The notes beneath the pieces were generated by a model. That model was not told the origin of the DNA. It ran no database searches and was given only the letters and a program-made list of their open reading frames with translations. Below are positions 34,908 to 48,599 of a stretch of DNA of 64,000 bases, one piece after another. The DNA is from Azolla caroliniana. Lineage: Eukaryota > Plantae > Polypodiophyta. The stretch covers positions 9,238,001 to 9,302,000 of the forward strand of contig JBHGNT010000014.1 in assembly GCA_043228905.1 (NCBI GenBank), written 5' to 3'. A program made the translations under genes and the position numbers. Position 1 is the first letter of the stretch, and every line of letters starts with the position of its first letter.

Positions 34908-37900
34908 TGTCATGAACACATGACCATTATGACGTCACCCGGACTTGAACCTCGAACCTTGTAATTCATACTTGAAAACCTCAACCATTAAGATAGCTTA
35001 TTGTTATTTGAAACAATAAAAGCTACTTCTTGTATTACATTGATTATTAGAAGAGGAGTCAAACGAATAAGTCCGGCCAAAATAAGAGCCATTTGGTTGG
35101 ACAACCCTAGATATGTACAACCTAGTGTGGGTTCCATTTCTTCCAAGCATGTTAGAAGAGTCTTCTCAGCCCTAGTACAAGTTAGGACACCCAATTGTCA
35201 ACTTCAAGTCCAAGCCCTCTTAGATACTGGAGCCAATTCTTGTTTCATGGATAGAGATTTTGCCCAAAAACACCAAATATCCTTGCATACACTTCCTTGT
35301 CCACTTTCCGTAGTAGTGATTGATGGACGCCCCATAGCTTCCGGGAAGATATTTGAAGAGTCTGAGCCAATACACATACTCTTGGGTGATTTAGGATGTG
35401 TAGTTTCCTTTAACATAATCCGTAGTCCTGAGCATCCAATTGTCCTCGGTTTGCCATGGTTCGAGCTACATAACCCTAGAATCGATTGGAGGAAGCGAGA
35501 AATTAGGTGCCCTTTAGTAGAAAATATCATTGTCAAGGATCGAACTCGGGATTATCCTCCCAAAGTATATAGTTCTACCGATGCACCATATCCTTCTCAT
35601 CAAATTTCAGCCATCACATTGCAACAATTGCACCAAGTGGGAGGCAAGGAGGACCTTTTCTTATTTGCAGTATCAGTGACACCTTCTAGTATCACTCAAG
35701 GGAATTTAGACATCCAAATTCCCAAAAAATATCAAGACTATGCTGATGTTTTCGACAAAGTCAAAGCTAGTGTTCTTCCAAAGCATCGGCCGTACGACTG
35801 TCCTATTGATCTCCAACCAGGAAAAGAGCCTCCGTGGGGTCCGATTTACAATTTATCACCCACTGAGCTTGAGGTTCTTCGAGAATACATCGAGGAAAAT
35901 CTTGCACATGGGTTTATTCGACATTCAAAGTCTCCAGCTAGTGCTCCTATCTTTTTTGTGAAGAAAAAGGATGGCTCCCTTCGTTTGGTCGTGGACTATC
36001 GAGGCTTAAATAAAGTCACCATAAGGAATAGGTATGCTTTACCTTTAATCTCCAATCTCTTAGAACGCATTGGTGGGGCAAAGCATTTTACCAAAATTGA
36101 TCTAAGGGGTGCATATAATCTTGTTCGAATTCGGCCAGGAGATGAGTGGAAAACAACATTTCGTACTCGGTATGGTCATTTCGAGTATATAGTCATGCCT
36201 TTCGGGCTCACAAATGCACCTGCCGTATTCCAACATATGGCAAATGACATCTTCCGGGATTTCTTGGATATTTTTCTAATCATCTACCTAGATGATCTAT
36301 TGATTTACTCTAAAACACAGGGGGAGCATGATATACATGTGCGGCAAGTACTTGAACGCCTAAGGAAGTATGGTCTTTACGCCAAACTTGAGAAATGCAG
36401 TTTTGATTGCAAACAAGTCGAATTTTTGGGATACACTATTTCATCCCAAGGTGTTTTCATGGACCCGGCAAAAGTCCAAACAATATTGGAATGGAAACCC
36501 CCATGCTCAGTTCGGGATGTCCAGTGTTTCCTCGGATTTGCGAACTTCTATCGCAAATTCATACATAATTATTCAAGCATTGTGTTGCCCCTTACTCAAC
36601 TCACCAAGAAAAATCAAGCATTTTTTTTGGAGTATCGAAGCGGACAAGGCTTTTACGCAGCTAAAAGAGGCATTCACATCAACACCCATCCTAGCACATA
36701 TTGATCCTGAAAAGCCATTTACTATTGAGGCGGATGCATCAGACTTTGCATTGGGGAGTATCCTATCGCAACCAGGCGAGGACGGGCAGATACATCCAGT
36801 CGCGTTTCACTCGAGAAAGTTTACTGTTTCGAAGATAAACTATGAGGTGCATGACAAGGAGTTACTAGCTGTGGTCGACTCATTCGAGCAATGGCGTCAT
36901 TTTCTAGAAGGATCACCTCATCAGATTATCATTTATAGTGATCACAAAAATCTCACATATTTTCAAACAGCTCGAGTATTAAATAGACGACAAGCTCGGT
37001 GGGCCCAATTTCTAACGCGTTTCGATTTCAAGATCATTTTTCGCCCCGGAAAACAACAAGCGAAAGCAGATGCTCTGTCTCGGCGTTCGTATCTAGCACT
37101 TCGACCTGGAGATCCGGCCTTTGACAATCAAAAGCAAACTCTCCTCGGGCCATCAAAGCTACAGGTAACAACAATTTATGCCACACCACTTGATTCTACC
37201 CTTCTTGACACTATTCGGCAACAACTTCATTCAGATGATTTTGCGAAGGATGTCTTAGCCCACTGTGGTTCAAGTCGTCCATCTTGCTCCACATTGCCAG
37301 GGTCATCTCAACATTATCAGGACTTCAAGTGGCAAGATGGTTTACTTTTCTACAAGAATCTCCTTTACGTCCCCGACGGATCACCCTTATGGCTTACTAC
37401 AACCATTACCCCCTCCCAACAAGCCATGGCAGTCTATTTCTATGGATTTCATTACGGATCTGCCACCTTCCAAAGGCTTTGATACTATTTTAACAGTAGT
37501 GGATCGGTTCACCAAGATGGCACATTTTGTACCATGTGTAAAGACCATCAATAGTGAAGAAACTGCAGATCTCATTATGCGTGAAGTGTTTCGCCATCAT
37601 GGTCTCCCGAATGATATTATTAGCGATCGAGGTCCTCAATTTATCTCACACTTTTGGAAGCACCTATGGGCAGGCCTCAAAATCTCTTGCAAACTCTCTT
37701 CGGCTTATCATCCACAAACTGACGGACAAACAGAGCGCACAAATCAAACGCTCGAGCAATATCTTCGATGTTTCATTAGTTATCAACAAGATGATTGGAG
37801 TAAAATTTTACATCTTGCTGAGTTTGCATACAACAACACGGTCCACTCTTCTACCAAAGTTACACCTTTCTTTGCCTACACCGGCAACCACCCTCGATGG

Positions 37901-38820
37901 TGTATACTGGATCTTCCCGAGGTGTCACGAAACCCTAGTGCGGCGCATCACCTCCACCGACTACAACAAATCCAGTTCGAGTTATCGTCACATCTTCAGA
38001 AAGCGCAAGCACACCATAAGACCAATGCCGATCGACATCGTCTTAAGTCTCCGTTTAAGGTTGGTGACCGTGTATGGTTGCTTCATCGTCACATCAAGAC
38101 TACCCGACCGTGTGCTAAGCTTGACTATCAACGCTTAGGTCCTTTTGTCATCACGGCGCAGATTAATGATGCAACATTTCGTCTTAACCTTCCTGCACAT
38201 ATGCGGCTTCACCCTGTCTTTCATAGCTCTCTTTTGGAACCTTGCCACACCTCTTTAATTCCTGATCGTGTCGTGCCACCACCGCCTTCTGTACAACTTG
38301 TGGACGGCCCCGAATACGAGGTAGCTGCTATTCTCGATTCTAAGATTGTGCGCAATAAGCTTTATTATCTAGTTGATTGGCTTGGTTATCCTCCGAGTGA
38401 TCGCACTTGGGAACCCATCGATAACGTTTGTAGTGCTGAAGCTCTGGTCAATGACTTCCATCATCACTATCCAAACAAGCCCGGCCCAACAATGTTAACG
38501 CCGACTTCCACTCGGCGTTCTCGAAGGAGGGATAGTGTCATGAACACATGACCATTATGGCGTCACCCGGACTTGAACCTCGAACCTTGTAATTCATACT
38601 TGAAAACCTCAACCATTAAGATAGCTTATTGTTATATGAAAGCTATTCTATAGGAACCTATAAATAAGCGCATACATGTATTCTCAAATCAATTCGAATC
38701 AACACCAGTCTTTAGCTCTCATTACATATCTTGTATCCATTCTCTTTCTTTCTCTATCTTATACATCCATTCTTCTCTATCCTTCTTCCATCACTCTATC
38801 TTTTATCCTTGGTTCTGACA
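34908..38820 (+). mobile_element. Tcn1-like chromovirus with deletions (most of the 5' LTR, PBS and gag lost; integrase HHCC lost)
   Basis: TSD CACAC (34903-34907 / 38821-38825). 5' LTR stub 34908-35007; 3' LTR 38536-38820. Pol ORFs 35001-36704, 36370-37482 and 37265-38551, ending in a chromodomain. Confidence 0.94.
34935..35000 (-). promoter_or_regulatory. tRNA-like Pol III module in a Tcn1-like LTR (second copy at ~38563-38628)
   Basis: TATCTTAATGG ... AAGGTtcga GGTTCAAGTCC; spacing 46 nt. Confidence 0.65.
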
Positions 38821-40920
38821 CACACCCTCCCGTAATTTCCTCCGTCACCTGTCTCTTCCTTCTAATAATATCTATGATAACTTCATGAAATTCTTTCTTT
38901 GCTATACCCAACACTTCTCTTAAAGTAAATTCTACCTTACTATTTAATATTCTTGTTTCTAGTACCTTTTTTATATCCGTTGTTGTTTCTATGTCTGAGG
39001 CAAGCTTGAAAGATGGGCCTGTCTTTCCCTTTACTTTATCAGCTTCCTTCGGCTTAATAGCACCCTTTTCCATCTCCCTTCTCTTTTGTTCTCGTGTCTC
39101 ATGTCTCTTTGTCGGATCAGCTTCCTCAGCTCTCTTCCGCTTCTCTTCCACTAGCACATCTTGTGCACTCACTTGGGCGAATGCTGATAGCGCGTCTACT
39201 GGATCATTCCATCCAGTGAAGTTTCGTATTTCATCTCCCGCTCTTTTTAATTCATCCACTCGAACCTTCCCTTTTCTTGCATAATCCATCACATCTTGCC
39301 AAAAGCTAGATCGACCATATGAGTCTTCTACGCGCAATCCTAAGGTTGCCATGGATTGTATCGCTTGAGTCGTTTCTCTCTCGGCATCTTCCATTAGCCT
39401 TTTCATTCCTCCTCGGCCGAAGATGAGTTGAAGTGGTTGTCGAGTCTCAGTTGAGTGAATCTTGCCATCTTGATAGTAGATTTTATTATGATTAAGAGCA
39501 TCCCTATGCTCTTGACAATCTTTCTTCTGGTGGTCGATACTATCACACCACATACACCTTCGGACCATTCCACCTCCCTGCCTTGATGAAGTCGAGCTTT
39601 GTCCCGATTCTAGCTTTGTCACTTTGATCAACAAGTCTTTCATGCCTTTCACTAATTCGTGTAAGAGTGATTCTTCTACTTTCTTTTCTCCCGACTCGTT
39701 CCCCGTTTCTTCATCATTTCTGTCGGGCAACTCCATAAACCATAACTTTCTTTTGCAGAAATGGGCGCACGCCCTTTTCACCTCCTCCCAATCTTCGGTA
39801 AGTCCACTTGGACTATTCTGATCTTCTAAAAGCATTCCCAAGTCCTTCCTGTCTTTAATATTAGTAGCTTGTAGAAACAATATTACTTTATCTGGCACTA
39901 TTATATTTCTATCTCTAACATTTAGTTGCTCAAATCTTTCAGAAAACTCTTTTAATACTTCCAAAACACTTAAATGTTTATTAGACTCTACCCAATCCAT
40001 GAAAGCTCGCCTTGTCATCCTTGACATATCGTTGAGGTTGTATTCATTGAGTAATGCCCTTTCGAATGTTGTCCATGTCTGATTCTCCCTTTGGAGCTCT
40101 TGGATCCTCTCTTGTAGCCCAATCGCAGCGACTCGACTAAAGCTATTAATTTTTGTAGCTTCGTCGACACCACGTTTAAGCATTTCTTCATTATAAATCT
40201 TCAGAAATCTTGTTAAATTTATACCTTCGAAGATTCCTACTCGTGCGAGAATATTGTCGACGGCTTTGTTGATGCTTGCCATCATCCCTTGTTCGCGCAT
40301 CACTCGTTCCATCATCGTACACATAAGCCTCATTTGCTCCTCCATTTCTCCTCATTGCCGCCTTCACGTCGGGTTCACCAAATGTGTCAGGGTAGTTGTG
40401 GTTCGTGCGGCGAAGTCGCGGGGACTAAGCTTAAGGGGAGTTGAAGGAACTTAACTTTTAATAAGGCTTGTATGGTGATGATAGAATGGTTAAGGATAGT
40501 AAGAAGAAGAGTTAGGGTACCATTACGCCTTTATGATGAATGTAGCGATAGTACGGGTGCCGGAAACCTTTTCGGAAGCCGCGAAGGACCCGCGATGGAT
40601 CAAAGCAATGAACGACGAGATGAATGCACTACAGAAGAACGAGACGTGGGATCTCGTTCCCACCTCACCACACAAAAAGGCGATCGGATGCAGATGGATC
40701 TACAAGGTGAAGTATAACGCCGATGGCTCCGTAAACCGCTACAAAGCTTGACTCGTAGCGAAAGGATACACTCAGACACATGGCGTCGACTACGAAGAGA
40801 CCTTTGCCCCGGTGGCAAAGATGACGACGGTGCGGACCGTAATTGCGATTGACGCGGCGAAAGGGTGGCTCCTCCACCAAATGGACGTCAAGAACGCCTT
40901 TCTACAAGGCGAATTAGAAG

Positions 40921-42470
40921 GGTGGCACCTCTTACGTGCTCACACACACACTTACTCACTTGTTCACTTCTATTTACTTTCGCGCTGCTCTCACTGTTTT
41001 ACTCTCAGTGAGTTATGCCACATACATATGCACCGCACCTAGTTCGACTCTCACTATATATACCAATTCATCTCATATACATATATATATGAATACATAC
41101 ATACATACATATTTATGTATATGTCTATTTGAATTTCTATTCGGCCGACTTTCATTTGATCGAATCTCATTTCGGCTTTTCAACCGATTTTGGCTAGCTG
41201 ACTCTTGTTTCGGCTTTTCGGCTGATTTCAGTCAACCGACTCATTTCGGCTTCTCAACCGATTTTGGCCAGCCGACTCTCGAGTCGGCCGACTCCCCCAG
41301 AAGGAGGGACAATCTTACATAACATTAGGCACAACTGCTATTGTGATAGGGTGTGTCTAACATTGGCATTTGAGTTTAGTTTGGGTCGTTCAAAGGTTAG
41401 TTTCTAATCATGTAGCGCATGCTTCAGACTTCTTTAGCCGTGCTTGCATGTCATGTTGTCATAGGGTATGGAAGGCTTCTATTGTTGGGGGTCCTTAGTA
41501 GTGCTTGAAATTACTTCTATTAACAAACCCGAGGAGGTCAACACCATCAAGTCTTCGTAACATGCATGCTCCTCTTTTGTTGATGGTGGCAACAATTTAT
41601 CGTTCTTCCCCTCGTAGTTTGAGTTTCTTTTTATGTACATATATGGAAGAAGTTTTTTAGGAGCGTGTTCCTGTCTTCTAGATCGTGGTCTTTAATCTAA
41701 TTGTCATGCCATGCCTTCCATTTTACTTTACCTCCAAGGAGGGCATGAAATGGTATCAATCATGTTTCTATTAGTCCACTCTAAGGTTTTGTAGGCAAGA
41801 GGTAGTGTCCCATCTTTTTTGGACCACACAAAGGTTGGATAGAAGGAATTGTACTAGGATTACAGTCTCTTGTCAATACTCTAGTTTAAAGGGTGTGTGC
41901 CAAGTGGAGACTTTGTAAGACGCCCATCAAGAGCATAATGTTGCATGACGTTTGTTGCTCTAATCTAACCATTGTCGTGAAGTTACACGTGCGTGTCTGA
42001 AAGTTGAGAGGAACCATTAGGATCTGGAACCAGAGAGGACAAAATGAATTGTGTTGTCACGTTTGAATGTGGACTTGAACTTCACACTTGATCTTTTTTA
42101 AGAGCAATTCAATTTAATTCTTCCTTCATTGTTCTCATGTGAGCGGATCTTTTCAAGTTTTAGTGCACAAAGCATTTGCACTTGGGGAATGTCAATTTAT
42201 AATGTGTGTATGTGTTTTAAAGTGTAAGTGTAACTAAGTATATGTAAGTCTTTTTCAATGAGAGGGCGTTTTATTATTGTTATTCTATTTATTTTTATTT
42301 TACAATTATTTTTACTATTATTATTTTATCTCTTATTTCCTTGTAAATTATTATTATTATTATTGTTACTACTACTATTATTAATTTTATTATTATTGCT
42401 TTAGTTGTTTTAATAATAATAATAACAATAACAATAACAATAATAATTATTTTCCAAAAAGGATACTACA
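40921..42470 (+). repeat. Probable LTR-derived non-coding fragments
   Basis: Non-coding. Short (gg)ccgact/tcggc repeats at 41140-41295. LTR-like ends ...caatcttaca (~41318) and ...ggatactaca (42470) are followed by a decayed PBS-like ttagtatca. No partner LTR in the window. Confidence 0.35.
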
Positions 42471-42509
42471 TTAGTATCAAGAAACACCCTAAGGCTATAC
42501 ATAAAATAT

Positions 42510-45500
42510 GTACATTTTGGTAATCACCGCTGAGGAGATGAATGCCTCCAAAATCACGGAATTTACCCTGTCATTAGACCACCCCGTTGCATGGTGGTAT
42601 TCTCACCACAATCTTGGGGACTTCACGACATTCCATGATGTTCGTACACAGTTTTTGGAGTTATTCCACTAGGAAATCCCTAAGCGCGAACTGCTCTGCC
42701 AATTCTATACCATTGTCCCGGGACCCAATGAAATGTTTTCTCAATTTATCATCCATATCCAAAACCTCTACATGCAACTCGCACAGGATGTGTCTGCTAG
42801 TCATTTAAAAGATACGTTCATTACTGAACTCCAGGAGCCACTGAGCATGACGTTGGCCCTCACAGATTTCTTCCAACACACTATCGAGCAAGTGGTCACT
42901 CGTGCTCTTAAATTAGATAAGCTTCATCACAATAATTCTTTCTCCATGGGCACACTCCAAACCGCCTTGCCAACAACCGAAGAGACCTAGTTTCTGCAAG
43001 CACTGCAATGCACAACATGTGCCAAGTCTGGTCACTCAGCGATCAATTGCCCTCTCCGATCACACTGCCCCATCTGCCATTTTAGAGAGCATATGGTTGA
43101 GAAATGTGAGTATAACATGCTCAATCGTACGAACTCAGTCCTGGTACAACAAATCGAGTCGCGTCACGATCGTTCACAACCGGAGGAGTGATCCCCACAA
43201 CGGAACAGAGACGCTGAACGATCCTGGGAGGATGATCGGCTTCACCACCACGATGGCTACCAGCCCGTACCAGATCTCTATCACCGGGAGCCACCATGCT
43301 ATCAGCCACGCTATTACGGTGACGAACGCTATTATCAGGAGGACCCCTATTACTGTGAGGACTATGATCGGGGGAACTATCCCGAAACTAGATACCCACG
43401 GCACGACCGATGGCCTCCACCTCATCATCGCGACATCCGTCGATTCGGGAATAACCGACGATCCTTCGACAACCATCGTTGCGACAATCCGCGCAATGAT
43501 AATTGACGGCCTCCCCAAGACGAGTCTCGTAACAACCCTCCACAGTCCTACCCCTGCGAACTCGAGAAGATCTACCCCACAACCTAGCGCAACCTCAATT
43601 CGAGCAAGGAGAGCCCAACAACTGTAATCAACTAGGCCATTACGCGACGCAATGTGCGACGAACAATTGCGGCAAATCACCAGCCGTGAATATGATCTCA
43701 GTTGATGTTCGGCAGGTTACTACCTGAACGAGCTTCAGCAGTCAGAATGGGAGATTCAGGACGAGGTTCACCAAACCGCTCAACAGTCTATCGAATAGGC
43801 CAATCAAGCCAACGTCGATCGGATGCACACGGAAATGAAGGAGATAAGTCATGGTCCATCGCCACCCTTGACCCTTACTGAACGAACCGACAATGACCCG
43901 GTTTGGCAAGCCCTAACCAGTTGCCAAATTTCCATGACCCTGCATAAATTATTGTCAGCTACTGCCACGCTTTAAAGAAACCGTCTAGTCCCGTACTATC
44001 GGTCTGGAACCAACTACCTCGTCCGTACATCTCACGACGCTGGAACCCAGAACCCCACTCATGGATTCCTCGAGCCCAACGGTAAAAATCATCATTAAAG
44101 GCCGTGAGGTCCATGGGTGCATTATTGATGGTGGCTCAGGACTTAATGTAATTAGTGAGGCGACATGTTACGATCTGGGTCTTACTCAATTGGAGTCGTG
44201 TCCCTTTTCGCTTCGCATAGCGGATACACGATCAGTTCGGCGAATAGGTTTAATACAAAACCTTGATTTTATCCTCAGAGGGCATACCTTTACGGTGTCT
44301 GTAGTAGTATTATGACTGGATGCCCCGGGTGCATACCCGCTGCTGCTTGGATGACCATGGCTACACACAACTAATATAAAGCAACATTGGCGGCACAACA
44401 TGATCTCTTTTCGTCGGGGCAAGACGAAGGTCTGAATCGTCACGGAAGAACGAATCATAACACCCCCTGACAACAGCCCACTGTATTGTGAAGGAGTTCA
44501 TATGCTCAATGGTTTCGCTGGCGACGAGATGGATTCATTTTTGGATGAGCACCCCACGATCGTGCCTCTATTCGAAATAGATGTTCTCACGGCTGTGGAG
44601 CCATAACTCGCTGACACCAGCACAACCAACCACGAAGCTCCACACGAACCAGATTCCGAAGCCGTGAAGGAGTGAGGACACGCCCGGGACACGCTCGATC
44701 GGGAATTGGCAATTTCTCCGCGCGTCAAAGTGACGACACTAGAGGAAGTCAATCTTGTCTCCTCCACCGAGCCACAAATAGTAAAAATAGCAAAGGATCT
44801 GGCGCCCAAGGAACAATTAGCTCTAATCGGGCTATTCACTGACTATCAACACATCTTTGCATGGTCATACAGTGACACATTGAAGGGATTGGACCCCCAA
44901 TACTATCAACACCAGATCCACCTCCAAACGTATGCAGGAGGAGTGCAACAATGGCGATACCGAATGAATCCAAATTACTCCATAAAGGTAAAAGAAGAGA
45001 TTGACAAACTTTTACATGGAGAGTTCATCCAACCAGTCGAAAGAGCAACCTGGTTAAGACCCATTGTAGTCGACGGTCGTGCCAAAAAAGAATGGGAAAA
45101 TCTGAGTGTGCGTCGACTACCGTAAACTCAACATAGCCACAATCATGGATGCATTTCCGCTTCCATTCACGGATGGGGTTCTGGATGCTGATGCCACCTG
45201 ACGACCAAGAGAAAACGGCCTTTGTCACCGAATGGGGCATGTTCCTCACATTTGTGATGATGTTCGGCTTGAAAACGGCACCAACCACCTTCCAACGCAT
45301 AATTGCCGAAATTTTCGAGGACTATATTCCAACATTTATTCTAGTCTTCCATGATGATTTTGCCATATATGGACAACAAATCGAGCACCTCGAACATCTA
45401 TGCTTGTGCCTCAGACGATGCCGACACGCACAACTTAGCTTAAATCCGGTGAAATGCGCTTTCTACGTAACTAGTGGTACCTTGCTCGGTCACATTGTCA

Positions 45501-48500
45501 GTCAGGAGAGCATAGCCATGGATTCCGAGAAGGTGCACGCTATCTTGAATGCTCCAGACCCAGTCACGACGAAAGCTCTTAGCAAATTTTTGGGACACAT
45601 TCAGTGGCATATTCGCATCCTCCGCTACTAGTCCGATTTCGCAACTCATGTGCATGCCGCTACACACATGATTCCATTTCGGTGGACAGATAGGGAAAAC
45701 GAAGCTTATCTTTCTCTCAAAGTGATACTTTCACACGCCCCTATCGTAGAACCACCGAAGTGGTCGCAACCTTTCCACGTGTTCGTGGATGCTTCTGACA
45801 TCGCCATCGGAAGCGTACTAACGTAGAAAACGCCTCCGAACTAGTAGTGTCTGGTATACTACGCTAGCCGACGACTCTCCACGGCCAAAAAAAACTACTC
45901 CACCATAGAACACGAAGCGCTTGGAATGATATACAGTATTACAAAATTTTTCCATTACCTCCTTGGCCGAAAATTCACATTTCAAGTGGATCATTCGACA
46001 CTTCTTTACCTGGTTAACAAACAGTCCTTGACCGGTCGATTAGCACGGTGGTTGCTTATCCTGCAAGAATTGGACTTTGACATCCAACATCGACCAGGGG
46101 TCCAGCATGCGGTAGCAGATTACCTTAGCCGTCTCGATTCCGGAGAGCCCGCTGAAACGGAATATGATGACTAATTTATTCATCGTTCACAGTACAACCT
46201 TGCTTGCAGATCACGAAGACGCCTGGATTACGGAAATGACACATTTCCTTAGCACTGGCCTCCCACCTGAACATGTAATGTTAGACGCCATGAAACGATT
46301 GGCGGTACGAAGCCGTAATTTTTGTCTGTTTATGGGCACTCTGTATCACAAAGGCTCAGACGGCCTTTGGAGATGCGTGGTACGACAATTTGAGAAAGAT
46401 GCAGTTCTATGCGAAGCCCACTACGGTGTTGCCAGCGGTCACTACGTGGGTGATGCCACAACTCGGAAGATTTGGCAAAGAGGATTATGGTGGCCTTCTA
46501 CGAAAAAGATGCTCACGAATTCTGCAAGCAATGTTCTCTGTCAGCGCATGGGCCAACCTAGCGAACAAGACCGTATGCTGCACCAAGCAATCCTCCCTTT
46601 GGAACTTTTCCAGAAATGGGGATTGGATTTCGTAGGGCCATTTAAACCAACCACAATGTGGACAGGTAACAAGTATATAATCGTGGCGACCGATTATTGC
46701 ACAAAATGGGTAGAAGTGAAAGCACTCCGCGACAACACAACCACGTCAACAGCCACATTCGTGTACGAATATTTGTGGTGTCGTTAAGGATGCCCAATCA
46801 AACTGGTGAGTGATAAGGGAGGACATTTCTTCAATCGGCTTATTTGTGATTTAACTTCTCATTACGAGGTAGTGCACAAGAAAAGCACTCCGTACTATCC
46901 TAAAGCCAACGGCTTGGCCGAATCTATGAATAAAACCCTTCAGACCATTCTCAAGAATATCGTGAATGAGCATCGAACAGATTGGGATGATAAATTGCAT
47001 AGTGTTCTGTGGGCTTACCGCACTGCGTTCAAGACCAGCATCGGGCCCATGCCCTTTTGTATGGTGTTTGGCTTGGAAGCCGTAATGTCGATCTAGTTCC
47101 AGATTCCAAGTCTTCAGATGCAAATAACTGAACGATTTCCCGAATTCGAGTCAGAACAACTACTCGAACTTGGGGAAGAGCACATAACCAGATTCACCCA
47201 ATAGGAACACGGCCAACAGAGACGGAATGCTTTCGTAGATCGACATAGCTGTGATCCTGCAAAGTCCTTAATTGGCCAACCTGTCCTAGTGTTTCAAACA
47301 CGGCTAGAGACAATGTCGGGAAAACTTCGGTTCCAATGGACGGGACCATTTTGGATCATTGACACATACAACGACACGTTCCACCTCAGCACACTAGCAG
47401 GGGAAGCAGTCAAGAATTGGGTCAACGGATTTCGGTTGACACTGTACCACGGCCCAACACCACCACACCCCTTCGTGGAACAACAACACGGCCGGGAGCA
47501 AACCATGGTAGGTGACACCAAAGATTTCGGGGGCACCATGCCCCAATCACAGTAATTTGTCACCTACCGGCCACGTGTATATTAAAAGAAAGAAAAAAAG
47601 AAAAAAAGGACCCACTCACTATTTAAAGACGAGAAACGCCACATGAGAAAAGAAAGTACAAACGGTGCACACAACGCGTGGACCTTAACTTCTAGTATGG
47701 TAGGTAAGATTCTGAATATAGGGCACAAGGGCACATCTCACAAATCAAGGCACTTGCATAAAAGGAGCACCTATAGGAAGAGCGCTCGCTTTTGCAGAAA
47801 CCAGCAAGCTCTCGCTCCTCCTGCTCAAACTCTCTCTCGCTCACACCCTCTCCCCAACCAAGATCTTTCTTTCTGTCAATGTCCATGTGGTGCACTTTCT
47901 TACTCTTCCAAATCCAACATGCTGATTGACGTATCACAGGAGCTCTGCACTAGGCTCACCAGGCACAACCTAGGAGGCTATCTCAATGTTCTCGACACGG
48001 CTCCTCACCCCGAAGCGCAAGCCATAGCAAAGAAACTAAACCCAGACACCATTATGAACAACATGATTTGTTCGGCGCTTTGTTTACAGGGAGGGGACGA
48101 GCACGACATCGATGCACTGCTCCAACACATCTTGGAGCAGCATTTCGGCGAGCAATGAGTTTTTTGGGAACCTAGCCCACATCCTCCTGGAGTTAGCCTA
48201 TATCCATGCCAACCCCTACAATATGTCTAACAAAAAAGCAGGCTTGATCATTACAGCCTATCAAGGCAGAGCCATCGATTAGGGGATCAGTACCGGAGAA
48301 GGAGTTTGAGCCGCCATCGCCTCCTTCCAATTAGGAAAAAGGTTCATACTGATACTCACACAGTACATCGTTGTGCTCTATCCTCCCCAAACACTGATGC
48401 CACGCCAAACATTTGCGCTTTCTGTTTCCCCCGGTCAGGCCAAACGACAACGCGCCTTGGAGTTGTCACACGAGGAATGGCAGGACGATACACCAAACCC

Positions 48501-48599
48501 AACCTCCACATCTGTTGGGAAATCGGTCCCTCCGGATGGGATCCGGATATGAATGAAGCGATCTGTAAACCGGATGGGATGGACCTGGTGAGCCGGAAG
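42510..48599 (+). mobile_element. Old degenerate non-chromovirus Gypsy element (Athila/Tat-like pol) with gag, PR, RT, RNase H, integrase and a 3' extra ORF; probably resumes at 50641-~50990
   Basis: Twin knuckles CTTCAKSGHSAINC / CPICHFREHMVEKC; IIDGGSGLN; MMFGLKTAPTTFQR; VDASD; KWGLDFVGP; ANGLAES; WTGPF. Many stops and frameshifts. Confidence 0.85.

Larger units (their letters stand above)
30193..40514 (-). mobile_element. Phygy-like Gypsy element C (AT-rich subfamily), both outer ends deleted, interrupted by a Tcn1-like element
   Basis: 3' LTR 30193-31039; 5' LTR remnant 40385-40514; PBS-Trp 40380-40363. Gag-PR at 40345-38821 plus 34907-34313 (CMWCDSIDHQKKDC, LIDHGSEIN). Pol ~34320-31032 with stops and deletions. 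Confidence 0.92.
13393..40920 (+). mobile_element. Ty1/Copia host element in three pieces: 13393-15316 (5' LTR 13393-13767, PBS-Met 13768-13779, gag-PR-INT start), 29646-30185 (integrase) and 40515-40920 (RT)
   Basis: PBS TGGTATCAGAGC; WFVNSGASNHM; LWHKRMGH, CKACQFGK. The reading frame YYV|LLIDD is restored across the ACGT TSD. RT motifs [22 protein letters not shown]. 3' end lost. Confidence 0.92.
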
